Positions 13,709-25,526 of a stretch of DNA of 64,000 bases are shown piece after piece. Numbering within the stretch: the stretch's first letter is position 1; the number at the start of each line of letters is the position of its first letter. A program made the translations under genes and the position numbers. Source of the stretch: Octopus sinensis. Lineage: Eukaryota. The notes beneath the pieces are model-generated. The model was not told where the DNA came from. It was given only the letters and a program-made list of their open reading frames with translations, and made no database searches. The stretch covers positions 79,484,001-79,548,000 of the forward strand of contig NC_043000.1 in NCBI RefSeq assembly GCF_006345805.1, given 5' to 3'.

Positions 13709-15319
13709 TGTCTATCTTAGCAGAATTGATATCTTAAAACCACCTTGGTTATGCTTGTCCACGGAGGGGCTCTGCTCTGTCAATGTTTTCCCACTATATT
13801 TCATCCCTTAACATCCATAACTTCTGTCATTTAATAACAGAAAAGGTACAAAATACACACCTAAACTTTCTCAATTACCTTTCTTCCTCCAAACCACTAC
13901 CATTTTCTAGTCCCACCTATTGTCTCCACCAATCACTTCTTTTCTGTGCCCTCTCACCCCTGGGCTGTTTTCCATCATTAACACCTCACTTAAGCTATCA
14001 TTTCAATGCTCTTACATATCTACCATAACTGCTGCACCCCAAGCTGCTTCTATATTTCTCTCCATCATTTGCTAGTCACATCAAACCTGCCCACTCACCT
14101 AGTCCAAACCTCTATTTTACCTCACTTATTCTCTCTACCCTCAATTTCCTTTGAGGGCATGTCAGTGTTGGTGCCATATAAAAAGCACTCAGTACATTCT
14201 TGTAAAATGGTTGGCATTAAGGACATTTGGCTGTAAAAACCAGGCCAAAGTAGACAATGGAACCTGGTGTGGCTACTGGCCAGGTTCTGTCAAACTGTCC
14301 AACCTATGCCTGCATGGAAAATGGATGTTAAATGATGATGATGAAATTAAATTTTTAAAGACCCATATGGCTGTACATTTATTAAAATACAAACAAAAAG
14401 ACATAGTTGTACTTGTTGTCTACTATACCAGAATATTTTTGAAACTGATCCACAAAACTTTCTCAACTTCATTCATATCTCACCAGTTCTCTTATCTAAG
14501 GGCCTACAAAAATATTGTGCTTAATATTGGCTTCACTGAAATGGAGAAACTTATTTCTCAAATATTTAATTACAGTTTTCTTAAATCCAAGCTTGATAAG
14601 CAAGAAAGGAAAGAACATTTTATCAAGTGAACTATGTAAATGATTTTCTTACCTGGTACAAGTATAATTTTTTTGTACACAAGGGTTTTATTTGTCTTAT
14701 TCACATATAAAACAGCAGTATTTTGTGTAACTTAGCTTATAGCCTTAGTACAACTGAAAGTACTCAGATCTCCATAGGCATTCTATTTACATTACTGATA
14801 TTGTATATCTTTTCTAAAAGCAACTTCATATTCTATGACACATGTTTACAGAATGTGCAATAGATATAGAAAGGAATTTGGTTTCATTTTGAAGGACTGG
14901 TTTCATTTTGAAGGACTGGTTTCAAACAGACTTATCAGGAATCAATGAACCACCACCACATATCATTGTTATGTTCATGACCAAGAGACCTATGACTGAA
15001 TTAAGATCTTTACAAAGTACAAGCCTGTCTATATGGAAAATATATTCTTTGAATTCATCATAGAAGCTGTGGAAAACACAAACTCTGGAACCACACTGCA
15101 GTAGATTTTAATACTGATAATAGATGAAGATAATAATGATAGCAACAACAACATGAAACACAGGTAGTTTAACAGTCGTCTTATTGAGAGGGGAGCAGTT
15201 ATTACCTAAAATATTTTTTCTCTCCTACTATTACTGCTGCTACTACTATCTCCCACCACCAATAAAAATAACTGTTTCAAATGTTGGCATACACCAGTAA
15301 TTTTAGGGAGAGAAAAGAA

Positions 15320-15664
15320 AGACAAGGTCATCACTGCATATTTCAAGTGCCTCAAACTTCTCTTGAAATCAAACCTCAACTCAAGGAACCGTGTGACTGC
15401 CATCAACATATGGGCTGTTGCTGTAGTCTGCTATAGTGCACCCATCCTGAGATGGAAACAAGTGGAGATTGACTAACTCAGTCGCACTACTCAAAAGACA
15501 ATGACAATGCATGGTGCCCTCCTCCCTAAGGCAAATGTATACAGGCCCTACATGAAGAGAGGTAAGGGTGGACTAGTGCTGATTAGCATAAAGGAGTGCA
15601 TCAACAGTGAAAGAAACATGGCAGAATATTTGGTAAATAGCAAAGAAGACCTGCTACAATATGC
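15320..15664 (+). mobile_element. R4/Dong-like non-LTR retrotransposon fragment
   Basis: YFKCLKLLLKSNLNSRNRVTAINIWAVAVVCYS...TMTMHGALLPKANVYRPYMKRGKGG is typical of the post-RT region of RLE-encoding R4/Dong LINEs. Close paralogue at 18270-18439. Confidence 0.7.
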
Positions 15665-15668
15665 ATGC

Positions 15669-16564
15669 CCCTTAGATAGATTCAACCATGAATTAAGTCA
15701 TCCATATCTTGTTACAGTACATAAATGTGGTTCATTAGAAGAACATTTAACCTGATTGTTGGATCAAAAATGTCTTTTTTCCAACAATATTTTTGATTCT
15801 TCATCACTTATAGCAATGTGTTCAGGAGGAATTGGAATGGGAAGTTGAAGACTGCTTGGGACTGGCCTCATTTCAGAAGGTACATAGAGCATTTAATTAA
15901 GCTTGTTGTTTTCGAAATGAATTCTTTTGCACTCATAAAACAGAAATAATGTTCTGTGTGTGATTTAGTTCCTTCCAAATCATTATAATCAGCAAATTAC
16001 ATGTGATAAGAATTATATAGCCATCTTGTTTGTAGTCTTATGCATGTCAAACAACAAATATAGTCTTACACATGTCATACAACATCATAATCACTCCTTC
16101 TCTATCCCAAATAAAGCTCATAGCATCTTATTTTACTAATGATATAAAGTTACATTTCTGGGATTTTAAAGTTAGATCAGAATTAGGATGATTCAAATAG
16201 TTGTTCAGCATAACAAAGTATTTGCAAGAACACAACAGTGACATAAAATCAACAGGGAGTAACATGCACACCTGCTATTAGCTCTGGCATTTACAAGCAG
16301 ACAGACTGGAGCTGCTCTGCTGATAGTAAGTTTATATCTGAAGAAGATTGCGCATATTTAACCTGTCCTCTCCAAGAAATAAATTGTACTAATTTTCATA
16401 AAAATTCATATTATTATGTTAATATATTTTTTACTCAATAATTACATTAAATGAGAGAAAGAGGTCACAAGAAAAAGCCTGAGAAGGAAAATCTGATTTC
16501 ATATTTTGATTATGCATACTAAGAACATATAAAACACTTGTGACAAAATTGCTGTAACCCAGTG
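15669..16564 (-). mobile_element. Chapaev3-like (CMC superfamily) DNA transposon, 5' remnant with decayed transposase N-terminus
   Basis: Frameshifted minus-strand pieces NHPNS / TLKSQK / IWKE / YVPSEMRPVPSSLQLPIPIPP / EPHL / LNLSK match a recalled transposase family (RPVPH...PHL...DLNLSK). The terminus reads CACTGGG (16564-16558) next to a tta. The family name comes from memory. Confidence 0.6.
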
Positions 16565-18254
16565 TTATCAAAAACAAAAATGTAATGATTACATCAAGGA
16601 AGAGTCATGATACCTATCCAACCCATGCCAGCATGGAAGGCAGTCATTAAATGATGATGATGATGATATACTGCTATAATCATTTTTACTTTGCTTTTCA
16701 ATAATATTGCATACCACAAAGTTTCATCACACCTCTAGAACTCGAACACCTCTATTACTGTAGAATTCTGTATATAAAACAAGCCTCCTATTTGCAGTTT
16801 TAGTCTTATGAATAACTGGTAAGACTAAAAGACAGAGACAATAGCTGTAGTTCTACAAACTCTTAAATGGCAAAATGGTCATAACTAGAACACTTTTGAT
16901 TGCAGGTTTGGTGGATGAGATGGTGGGTGGGGGTAAGGCAAACAATAACGACAACAACTATGCTGTAGCTGATGATCATACACTGTTACAAAGGATTATA
17001 TCTATTGGGGAAAAACAGAGGCATTGTGAAAGTCAGGAATTTCTCTACAATATCAGTAAATAAGTGGATTCAACTTGGAATTGAAATTGGGTTGCAGACT
17101 GCTCAGTGACCACTTACAACTGCATATATTTTTTAGACTTGTTCAACTAAATATAAAATACATATTCATGAATCAGTTGTTTTTAAATGATTTGCTTTAA
17201 CATTTGAAAAGATTATTCATGTGATGACTGATAATAAGATTGTGTTATGAGTAAACATGAAATGTTTATTCCTTCATAGAGAAGCAAAAACCCCTAAAAG
17301 TGATCACAATAAAAAAGGAAACATTTGACCAAGTAATAACAAATGTATTATAACAATAAAGATTTCTTTAAAAATTTTAAGCCCCACTCAAGGTAACCAA
17401 AGCATCAAAATACTTAAATATTGTGGTCTTTTCCAAGGTCATGTTATTCCACTGGGAATTACAGCTTCATTTTCTCAAGAATTTATAATAAAAGAATTTC
17501 ACACACACTGATAATAATTGAAACTAATAATGAATATTTCTGCTTCAATAACAATATCTTAAGCAAGTAAAATGAAATGATTTCTTAGTCAATATATAAT
17601 ATTTGTATGAGTCAATAAAAGATCCTCAACATGATCACTTGACCTACAAGAAATGGCAATCAAATCGTACCATAATTTAAAAAAGGAAACATTTAATAAG
17701 GTAGTCTTAGATACTTTATGCCTCAATGAAATACAACATGATCAAAGTTGGAAAGTCTTTAAGTTTCTGTTGGATCAAGGCAACCTGAGGTTGAACAACT
17801 TATAGTTACTAAGTGGAAGCTTGTTAATTTTTGTATGCAGTCATTGCTTGTAGATGAAGATGAAAATGACACCAACAATATGCAATGAAACACAGGTAGC
17901 TTAACAGCCGTCTTACTGAGAGGAGAGCAGCTATTACCTAAAATATTTTTCTCTCCTACTACTACTACAATCCCCCACCACCAATAAGACCAACTGTTTC
18001 AAATTTTGGCATATGGCCAGTAATTTTAAGGAGAGGAAGCAAGTCAATTACATTGGCACTTTATTTTATCAACTCCAAAAGGATGAAATGAAAAGTTGAC
18101 TTCAGAAGAATTTGAAATCTTAACAAAGTGCCAGAAGAAATGCTGCTAATTATTTTTTTCTGGGGCTCTAACAATTCTGCCAGGGGCTTAGAATTGCCAA
18201 ACAGAGAAAGAATGGAAGACACGGATGATGATGGATACAAGTGCCTCGGGATCC

Positions 18255-19299
18255 TGAAGCACTACCCAAAAGACAATGACAATGCATGGTACCCTCCTTC
18301 CTAAGGCAAATGTATACAGGCCCTACATGAAGAGAGGTAAAGGTAGATGTGGGCTGATTAGCATAAAGGAGTGCATCAACAGTGAAAGAAACATAGCAGA
18401 ATATTTGGTAAACAGCAAAGAAAACCTGCTACAATATGCTGCTAGTGCAGGAGGAGTTAACGAAAATGGACTTGAGAGAGCTCATAAATTCCGAACAACA
18501 GCAGCCAATGAGAGAGAAAAAACCAATCTCTGTATGGAATTACATGGTCAGTTCCACTGTGAAACCAACAAATTAAAAGACCAGGGAGCATCATGGAAGT
18601 GGATCCAGAAGGGTGACCTACAAAAGAATACTGAAAGCCTAATCATCATGGCCCAGGACCAGGCATTGAATATCAACTCAGTGAAAAAGAATATATACCA
18701 CACAAGTGCATTGGATCTCTGCAGAATGTGGGGAAAGAGGGTTGAAAATGTGACTCACATTGTTAGAGCTTGTGAAAGTCTTGCACCAAAAAGTGTACAA
18801 GCATAGACATGGAGAAGCCCAAGACTTCCACTGGCTACTATGCCATAAGTATGGATACGAAGTTATGGGTGCTTGGGACCAACATACACTGGAAAAAGGT
18901 AATGGATGAAAAGGAGAAAGCCAAAATCCTCTGGGACTTTGATTACCAGACAAAGTTTTAGAGCACTGAAGGCTGGATATAGTAACCTTTAAGAGGGACA
19001 TACAATAGTGCCTAATAATCGACGTAGTAGTGCCAGGATCAACATATCATCATGAGAGAAAGGGAAAAAGTTGATAAATATAGAGACCTGAGAATTGAGA
19101 TCACTAAGATCTGAAAACCTTAGAAATATCCTACAATTTAGATGTATTGCAAAAGTCAGCATTACTTGGAACTGCACACATATTGCGTAAAGTACTGTCT
19201 GTCTGAGGTCCTTGTTGTGACTTGACAAACAGTACAAACCCCCGGTAGATACAATATCTTCAATCAGCAACCTCACAATATTATATACTGTACGACAAC

Positions 19300-19330
<31 letters not shown>
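18255..19330 (+). mobile_element. R4/Dong-like non-LTR retrotransposon, 3' part with CCHC/RLE region and (AAT)n end
   Basis: ORF 18276..18806 has LHGQF, W.W...GDL...TESLI..AQDQAL and CR...ENVTHIV..C..LA motifs. Downstream frames give HWLLCHKYG and KAKILWDF. A short 3' UTR is followed by (ata)n at 19289-19330. Confidence 0.8.
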
Positions 19331-19335
<5 letters not shown>

Positions 19336-19384
19336 CATCATCATCATCGTTTAACGTCAATAATAATAATAATGATAATAATAA

Positions 19385-20034
19385 CTAGAAAAGCACTCGG
19401 AGAGCGCAGACCTCCACCGAACAGCTCATTTCCACCCATATATATGCATGCTGAAAATTGCCCAATTTCCCAAACCAACACTGGCAAAAACACAACCTCC
19501 TTGGTGGGGTAAAAAAAAAAAAACTCAGCCATATAATTTTAAAAAAAAAACTTTTAAAATCAGGAATCATCTGAAGCAGCTATAATATATCAATGACAAT
19601 AGCAAGCTAGTTTCACAGGGGCAGTGGAGGGAACAAAGCCTGAGATTTTTGAGTTGATCCCTATAGTCAAGGCTTGTCATGTCATCCTCTGCAGACCTCC
19701 GCCAAGCAGCTCATTTTAAGATAGATACGCGAGTAAAATTACTAATAGAGAAATGAAAATAAACTTTGGAAACAGCAATGCCACCATAGTGGAAACAATG
19801 TACGCGTTTTAAAGGGAGATAATCAAAGAACGTAACATTGTAATACTTCATGTAAAGTAAATATAACATAAAAATTCACAGATCACTACCAAAATTTCAT
19901 CATCTGTTCTTTGTGTCAGTACCAACTTTTCCCGTAAGTTTCATCAAATACTGTTCACAACTTTTTGAGTTATTTTGCACATAGACGGACAAACCAATGC
20001 CGATGAAAACATAACCTCCTTCCTTGGCGGAGGT
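19385..20034 (-). mobile_element. Non-autonomous Helitron/Helentron-like element
   Basis: The minus-strand 3' end has a hairpin (gcactc gga gagcgc, 19393-19407) followed by CTAG (19388-19385). Subterminal inverted motifs acctccgccaag (about 19696) and cttggcggaggt (20023-20034); palindromic acctcc...ggaggt at the 5' end. Confidence 0.65.
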
Positions 20035-20038
20035 AATA

Positions 20039-20665
20039 ATCCTTTCTACTGTAGGCACAAAGCCTGAAATTTTGGGGTAGGGAGCTAGACGATTAGATCA
20101 ACCTCAGTGCATAATTGGTATTTATTTCACCAATCCTGAAAGGATGAAGGGTAAAACTGACTTTGGTAGAATTTGAACTCAGAATATAAAGATGGATGAA
20201 ATGCTACTAAGCATTTTGCCCAGCATGCTAACGATTCTGCCAGCTTGCTGCTTTTATAATAAGAGTAATAATCCTTTCTACTAGGCATAAGGCCTGGATT
20301 TTGTGAGGAGGGGGACAGTTGGTCACATTGACCCCCCAGTACTGAACTGGTACTTAATTTATTGACCTTGAAAAGATGAAAGGCAAAGTCAACCTCAGCA
20401 GAATTTTGAACTCAAAACGTAACGTAGACAAAATGCCCAGTGTGTAAACGATTCTACCAGCTCACCATGTAATAATAATAATAATGGTTTCAAATTTCGG
20501 CACAGGCCTGCAATTTTGGGAGAGGAGGTAAGTTGATTACATTGACTCCAGTGCTCAATGGGTACTTATTTACTGATCCTGAAAGGATGAAGGGCAAAGT
20601 CAACCCTAACAGAATTTGAACTCAGAATGTAAGGAGAGATGAAATACCGCTAAGCATGTTGCAAC
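20039..20665 (-). mobile_element. Three tandem copies of tRNA-derived SINE family B separated by (AAT)n
   Basis: Units at about 20039-20250, 20270-20465 and 20485-20665 share gaaaggatgaagg/aaggcaaagtcaacct...gaatttgaactca. Same family as 34647-34869. Confidence 0.85.
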
Positions 20666-21904
20666 TCTTAGGTTTAAAAAATTAAATATCAAATTTTTTC
20701 CATATACTGAATATTTTCAAATTGAATATTTTAGAAATAATACAAACAAATCAAAAACAAGTAGGGATAATTTTTTTTGTGTATACTTCCTTTCTTTCTG
20801 TTTAATAATAACCAGAAGAAATACATAGCCCTAATATTAACGTAATGAATGGGAAGAAAGCAAATTTTCATCAACATACGCCGCTAGTATTCGTATTTTG
20901 AACTGCTTAATAATAATAGCAACCAACACTAAAAGGAAATAGTTTTGATATATGCTTGCATGTGTGAATGAATTTCTTATGAAACCTTAATGAATAAAGA
21001 TAGGTTGCATACCTAATCTTAAATAACAACTTTTAAAAAATTACGTAAATGTAAAGTTCTTTTGCTTAGTAATCAGTGATAAAAAAAAAAGTGTGGTTAC
21101 TAGCTTCAATAATTTTTGAAATATCAGATTGACTATTACATTGAAGCATTCATTTAAGCCAACAAATCTCACAACTGGGACATGTAACTTTTGTGCAGTT
21201 GCGTTATCAGAATTATTATAAAAATTGCCAACTATCTGTAAAATTGTTTATGGAATCAATCTTGATAAATATACAGTAAAACAGCATAAAGAAGTTAATA
21301 GACTAGAGTTTTGACCCCTGCCTTCATTCACACTAACGCTTACTGACTATTGGTGCATTAAAATTTGCTGACTTGTGGCTATGAGATAAAGCACAATTAA
21401 TTCTGAACAATGTCAATAAATAAACTTTAACAGAGTAATCTGAATGGTAAAGGATAAATCTATTAACTCATAGCTTCAACATTTTAATGATGTGATTGCT
21501 CATTTTTAGAATGACATTGCAGAGCAGATGTGAAAGGCTAGATCTAGCTGGTTTGAACATACAACCAACAAGTAAAATATCTGGACCTGATACTACCAGT
21601 TTAAACCTACCACAAATAGAATATTTGGACCTGATATAGACAGTTTAAAAGTTAAAGAGCTAAGTAAATGAATTCATAAAAGTGACTAGTTAGTGGATAC
21701 ATTGATATAATATATAAAGGAGGTGTACTTAAATATATAATACATGTATAAGTACTTACATGAACTGTTACATATCAGAGGTGGAATACAAGAGTAGAAC
21801 ATCAAGGGTGAGGAACAATATATAATGTATCCAGAATGGGCTACAATATTGCACTAAGTTATATATGTCTAATGAGACTGTACAATGATAGGTTAGTAAT
21901 TGTA

Positions 21905-22188
21905 CATCATCATCATCATTGTTTAACATCCAGTTTCCATGCTGGCATGGACTGGATGGTTTAACTGAGGGTTGGTAAGCCAGGAGGCTTCACCAGGCTT
22001 CAATCTGATCTGGCAAAGTTTTTACAGCTGGATGCCCTTCTTAATGCCAACCACTCCGAGAGTGTAGTGGGTGCTTTTACATGCTACTGGCACGGGGGCC
22101 AGTCAGGTGGCATTGGCAACAACTATACACGAATGGTGCTCTTTAAGTTCCACTAGCACGGAACCAGTCAGGCAACACTGGCAATGAC
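21905..22188 (-). mobile_element. RTE-LINE 3' tail element
   Basis: catcatcatcattgtttaacatccagtttccatgctggcatgg...aatgccaaccactccgagagtgtagtgggtgcttttac; same family as 11238, 35505 and 60285. Confidence 0.8.
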
Positions 22189-23430
22189 ATGAAATAAATG
22201 ATAGTTGAAGTTCAAAATGAATTTAACTTGTTACTTTAACTAATCCCAAGGTATTTTAGCAACTTCTAGCAGTTATCAGTAATTTAATATCACTAACTCA
22301 AATGATTTTATATATAAGAAAACATCTACCATACATGTCTTATGAAGAGGATGCAGAAGAGAAAAAAAAAGATAAAAACAGCTGTTGAAACACAATGGCA
22401 GTAGTAAAACAAAGATATTAAAGGAGAGAAAAGGCTGAAATAAAATAGGAGTAAGCTCAGGGATAAGGCACATCAGTAGAAAATGTCTGATGATATAGTC
22501 AGCTCACTTCACTTCAGTTACTGATTTCTAAAAGAAAGCCATGAGCATTTCACAAGATCATCCTACTGCCAGTTCTATGCAGGTGTTGACCTAGTTTTAC
22601 AATCAGAAATCTATCAACTGATTGATTGAACATACACAATATGAATCTCCCCCAACCCTACTCCCTCTCATTGACTTTGTACTTTAGTCAGAAACATCAC
22701 ATCATGACTGATTACATCCCTCCCTTTGCCTAATAGAAAAATATTCTAAGTTCATTGAGAGCAAATAACCATTTACAAGAGATTAACTAACAAATCAACA
22801 AGGTTCACTTCTGTCTGAGAGGTAGACATAAAAAAGATTGAAAATATTTTAAAAATTTGTTTAGACAAAATGGTAAGAGAAACAGGGTCAATGATTATGA
22901 CCATTACAAATCTCTCAAATTGATGATGTCCAGAGTAAGTGGAGAGACACAGGTTTACTAAAGGAGGAAGGAGCTCACCCTCCTTCAGAGTGCTTACTAC
23001 AGAGGCATGAATGTTTGGGAAGAAAATCAAGAATATACAATTAAAAAAAAATCACAAGTTCACATGCAGTAAAGGTAAAAACAAAATCGTAAAGTTCAAA
23101 AATATTTTGCTGTTTTAGAAACATTTGCTTCAACCATTGTTGTCATGATCATAACTATCATGATAGTCATTTTTACATCCAACTTTTTCCATGCTGGCAT
23201 GAGTTGGATGAAAGTTTCTTCAGGGACTATTCTAATTCTAATGCTCTTCCTTTATTTGTTTTTCAAAGAAAGTATTTTTTTTTTATCCTACTGGTCTCAA
23301 TATGAAAGTGGCAAAACTGCCAAGCTACAGGAATATTATTTACAAGGGATGTAAATACTGTTTTTATTCACACGATGACAATGTGAAGACACATAAAAAT
23401 ACTCACATTACATAATGAATTTCTATACAT

Positions 23431-23544
23431 TTTCCATCTACCAAATTTCACTAACAAAGCATTGGTCAACCTGAGGCTATAGAAGATGATGCTTGCCAAA
23501 GCTGATATGCAGTAGGAAGGAACCAGAAACTACATGGTCTAAGC
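23431..23544 (-). mobile_element. SINE family A, diverged 5' fragment in reverse orientation
   Basis: tttccatctaccaaatttcactaacaaagcattggtcaacctgaggctatagaagatgatgcttgccaa is the reverse complement of the family A head. Confidence 0.6.
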
Positions 23545-24422
23545 TTATCACAATTTAAATATTGCTCCTACTTTTGAGTAATCAACTGAAGAGAACCAAA
23601 GAGTGTTGAGCAACAACATGAAAACTGTGCTAAGTTTGAACTTGTGATCATAATCATAATAAACCTTAAACTATAAAATATTAAATCAAATAAAATATGG
23701 GTCAGTTAGTCAGTATTTATTTTGCTTCATGTGAGTTAAATACAACCAAATGCTTATATATATGTGGTTCAAAATGATGCAAAAAAACAGAAGACAGAGA
23801 CAGGTGAAGTAACAACAAACTAGGTTCATAAGCTTGATTGTCACAAAAAATGGAGGAAGTCTTTAGCATTTTGGGTCTATGCTCTTCTATAGAAAGAGAT
23901 GAAGAGAGAAAAAAAAACATGTTTGGATTAACAGTTGCACAAAAATATATAATTTATTCTGCTGAAACATTTTCATAACATTCCTTTTGGTGGTGGTGGG
24001 GGATTATTTCACCCCCATTTTCCTATCTTGACTTTTGTGTAGGCATTATTTTTGAAAAGCTAACTTCATTATTTCCACATTACTGTCTCTTTTAGTACTA
24101 TTCTAACTGCTTTTCCAGTGAAGTAATTAATTGCATGTCCTCTGAACTAGGGCTCAGAATTCCCTCTTCACTTAAGTTGCTACTGTAGACATCAGCATAC
24201 AACAGTACCAGACTCACCAGGTTTTGTAGCCAATTATTTACCAGTAATTTACATTGTAAGAGTGGCAGAGTTATGTGCTGTATACAAGAGTAAAAATACT
24301 AATTAGAAATAATATTTTGAAAGACAAATATTAAATGAGCTCAGTGAAAAATAAAGGAATGGAGCAATACAATAAGTGAAAGTGAGAAAAACAAATTTGT
24401 AATAGAGTGAGAAGTTATTTAC

Positions 24423-24705
24423 CTGCAGGAAATAATGCAATCCAATCATTTGCTGTGACATCCTCCTTGATGTCCCATTCCACTATAACTTGACTGTCAG
24501 AACCCAAGGTAAATTCCTCTTTATCCAATGTAAGACTTGATCGAGTCTCAGGACTCCAAAGAGCAAGGTTAGAATCACTGTTGGATCTTTCATGAAGAGT
24601 CAGTTTGCCAACGCTTGGAATTCCACAACTTCGGCTTGTTGGCAGAGATAAGTCATCAACAAAATTAAACTCTGAACTTGTATGAAAGGGAACAGCCTTG
24701 GCCAT
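24423..24705 (-). CDS. HECW2: First coding exon of a HECW1/HECW2 (NEDL)-type HECT E3 ubiquitin ligase (HECW_N region); partial gene
   Basis: The translation ...LHERSNSDSNLALWSPETRSSLTLDKEEFTLGSDSQVIVEWDIKEDVTANDWIALFPA aligns by eye to recalled vertebrate HECW2 ([53 protein letters not shown]). The ATG at 24705 is in aaacaATGG context with an in-frame TAA two codons upstream. The donor G|GTAAAT at 24423/24422 gives a phase-1 intron. HECW1 versus HECW2 cannot be distinguished; this is probably the single invertebrate co-orthologue. Confidence 0.88.
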
Positions 24706-24804
24706 TGTTTAAGAAACAATGTGAGGTTAAGAAGAACATCCATGTGTTGTGGTTTCCATATCGGGTGGCCTCACTATGTGTTCCATCAAGACCAAAATGT
24801 TTGT
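24706..24804 (-). promoter_or_regulatory. Predicted 5' UTR part of the HECW start exon, with four upstream ATGs
   Basis: Acceptor ttttttttctcttatgtatattttataag| with AG at 24806-24805. Upstream ATGs at 24786, 24759, 24743 and 24739. Confidence 0.6.
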
Positions 24805-25389
24805 CTTATAAAATATACATAAGAGAAAAAAAAAATGAATTAATAAAAAAGTAGAGTATGTTTATTGTCAGGAAGGAACCAACAGAATAGAACCCCCCAT
24901 ATTGATCTCCAGGGTTAAAAATGCTTCCAATGAAAAAGTATTCATGCCATGGTATTAGTTTCTGAAAAACAAAATAAAGAAAAGTTACAATTATATATAT
25001 GCATGTACATTTCAATTATATATATACAAACAATTGTGTGTCTGTGTTTGTGTACTATGTCAATGGAAATTAAACCACAGAGGAGTGTAAAATAATGAAT
25101 TATCCAGAAAAGATAACCATTAAAAATTTTGTGAGAGAGAAGACAAGAGGTGATTGAAAGTAAGAGATGTGTATTATCCAGATCAAATTAATACACAACA
25201 AAATAAATTAATGGGGACAAGTTTGAACTAGTGAAGTAGTGATGTTATCCAGATCAAATTAATAGATTAATATACCACCAAGAACATTTTCTTTAACAGT
25301 TATTGTTTTCTTCTGTCGTTGTCATCATGCTCATTTTCACATCCACATTTCCATACCTGTGTGTATAGGATGAGCCTTCTCTAGGGAAA

Positions 25390-25526
25390 AATTTCAGCAC
25401 CCTGAGATCAGCTTTCACTACTTTTTTCCAGGTCTCTTTCACTTTAATTGCTTGGCATTTCTTTACCCAACAGTCATCATTCATACATATCAGATCTCTA
25501 AACCAGTTCAGTCCCCTTTCTTGCAT
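25390..25526 (-). mobile_element. RTE LINE ORF C-terminal fragment
   Basis: ORF-track peptide MQERGLNWFRDLICMNDDCWVKKCQAIKVKETWKKVVKADLRVL resembles the RTE motif RRLRWFGHVxRM...VKKC...TW..VV..DL. Confidence 0.5.

Noticed and set aside
16735-16790. Minus-strand tatacag|AA TTC TAC AGT AAT AGA GGT GTT (EFYSNRGV) as the possible next HECW exon
   Set aside because: It hits a stop after 13 codons, lacks the downstream GxIxW motif, and resembles a Tigger-like MITE end (gttcgagttctagagg).
20039-20665. Repeat-spacer-like array (CRISPR-like)
   Set aside because: The units are ~200-bp diverged SINE copies separated by AAT runs. There are no short identical repeats with unique spacers and no cas genes, and the context is eukaryotic.
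22773-23030. 85-aa minus-strand ORF 1.4 kb downstream of the HECW exon
   Set aside because: No similarity to the expected HECW_N continuation in the frames I translated, and no convincing splice sites.
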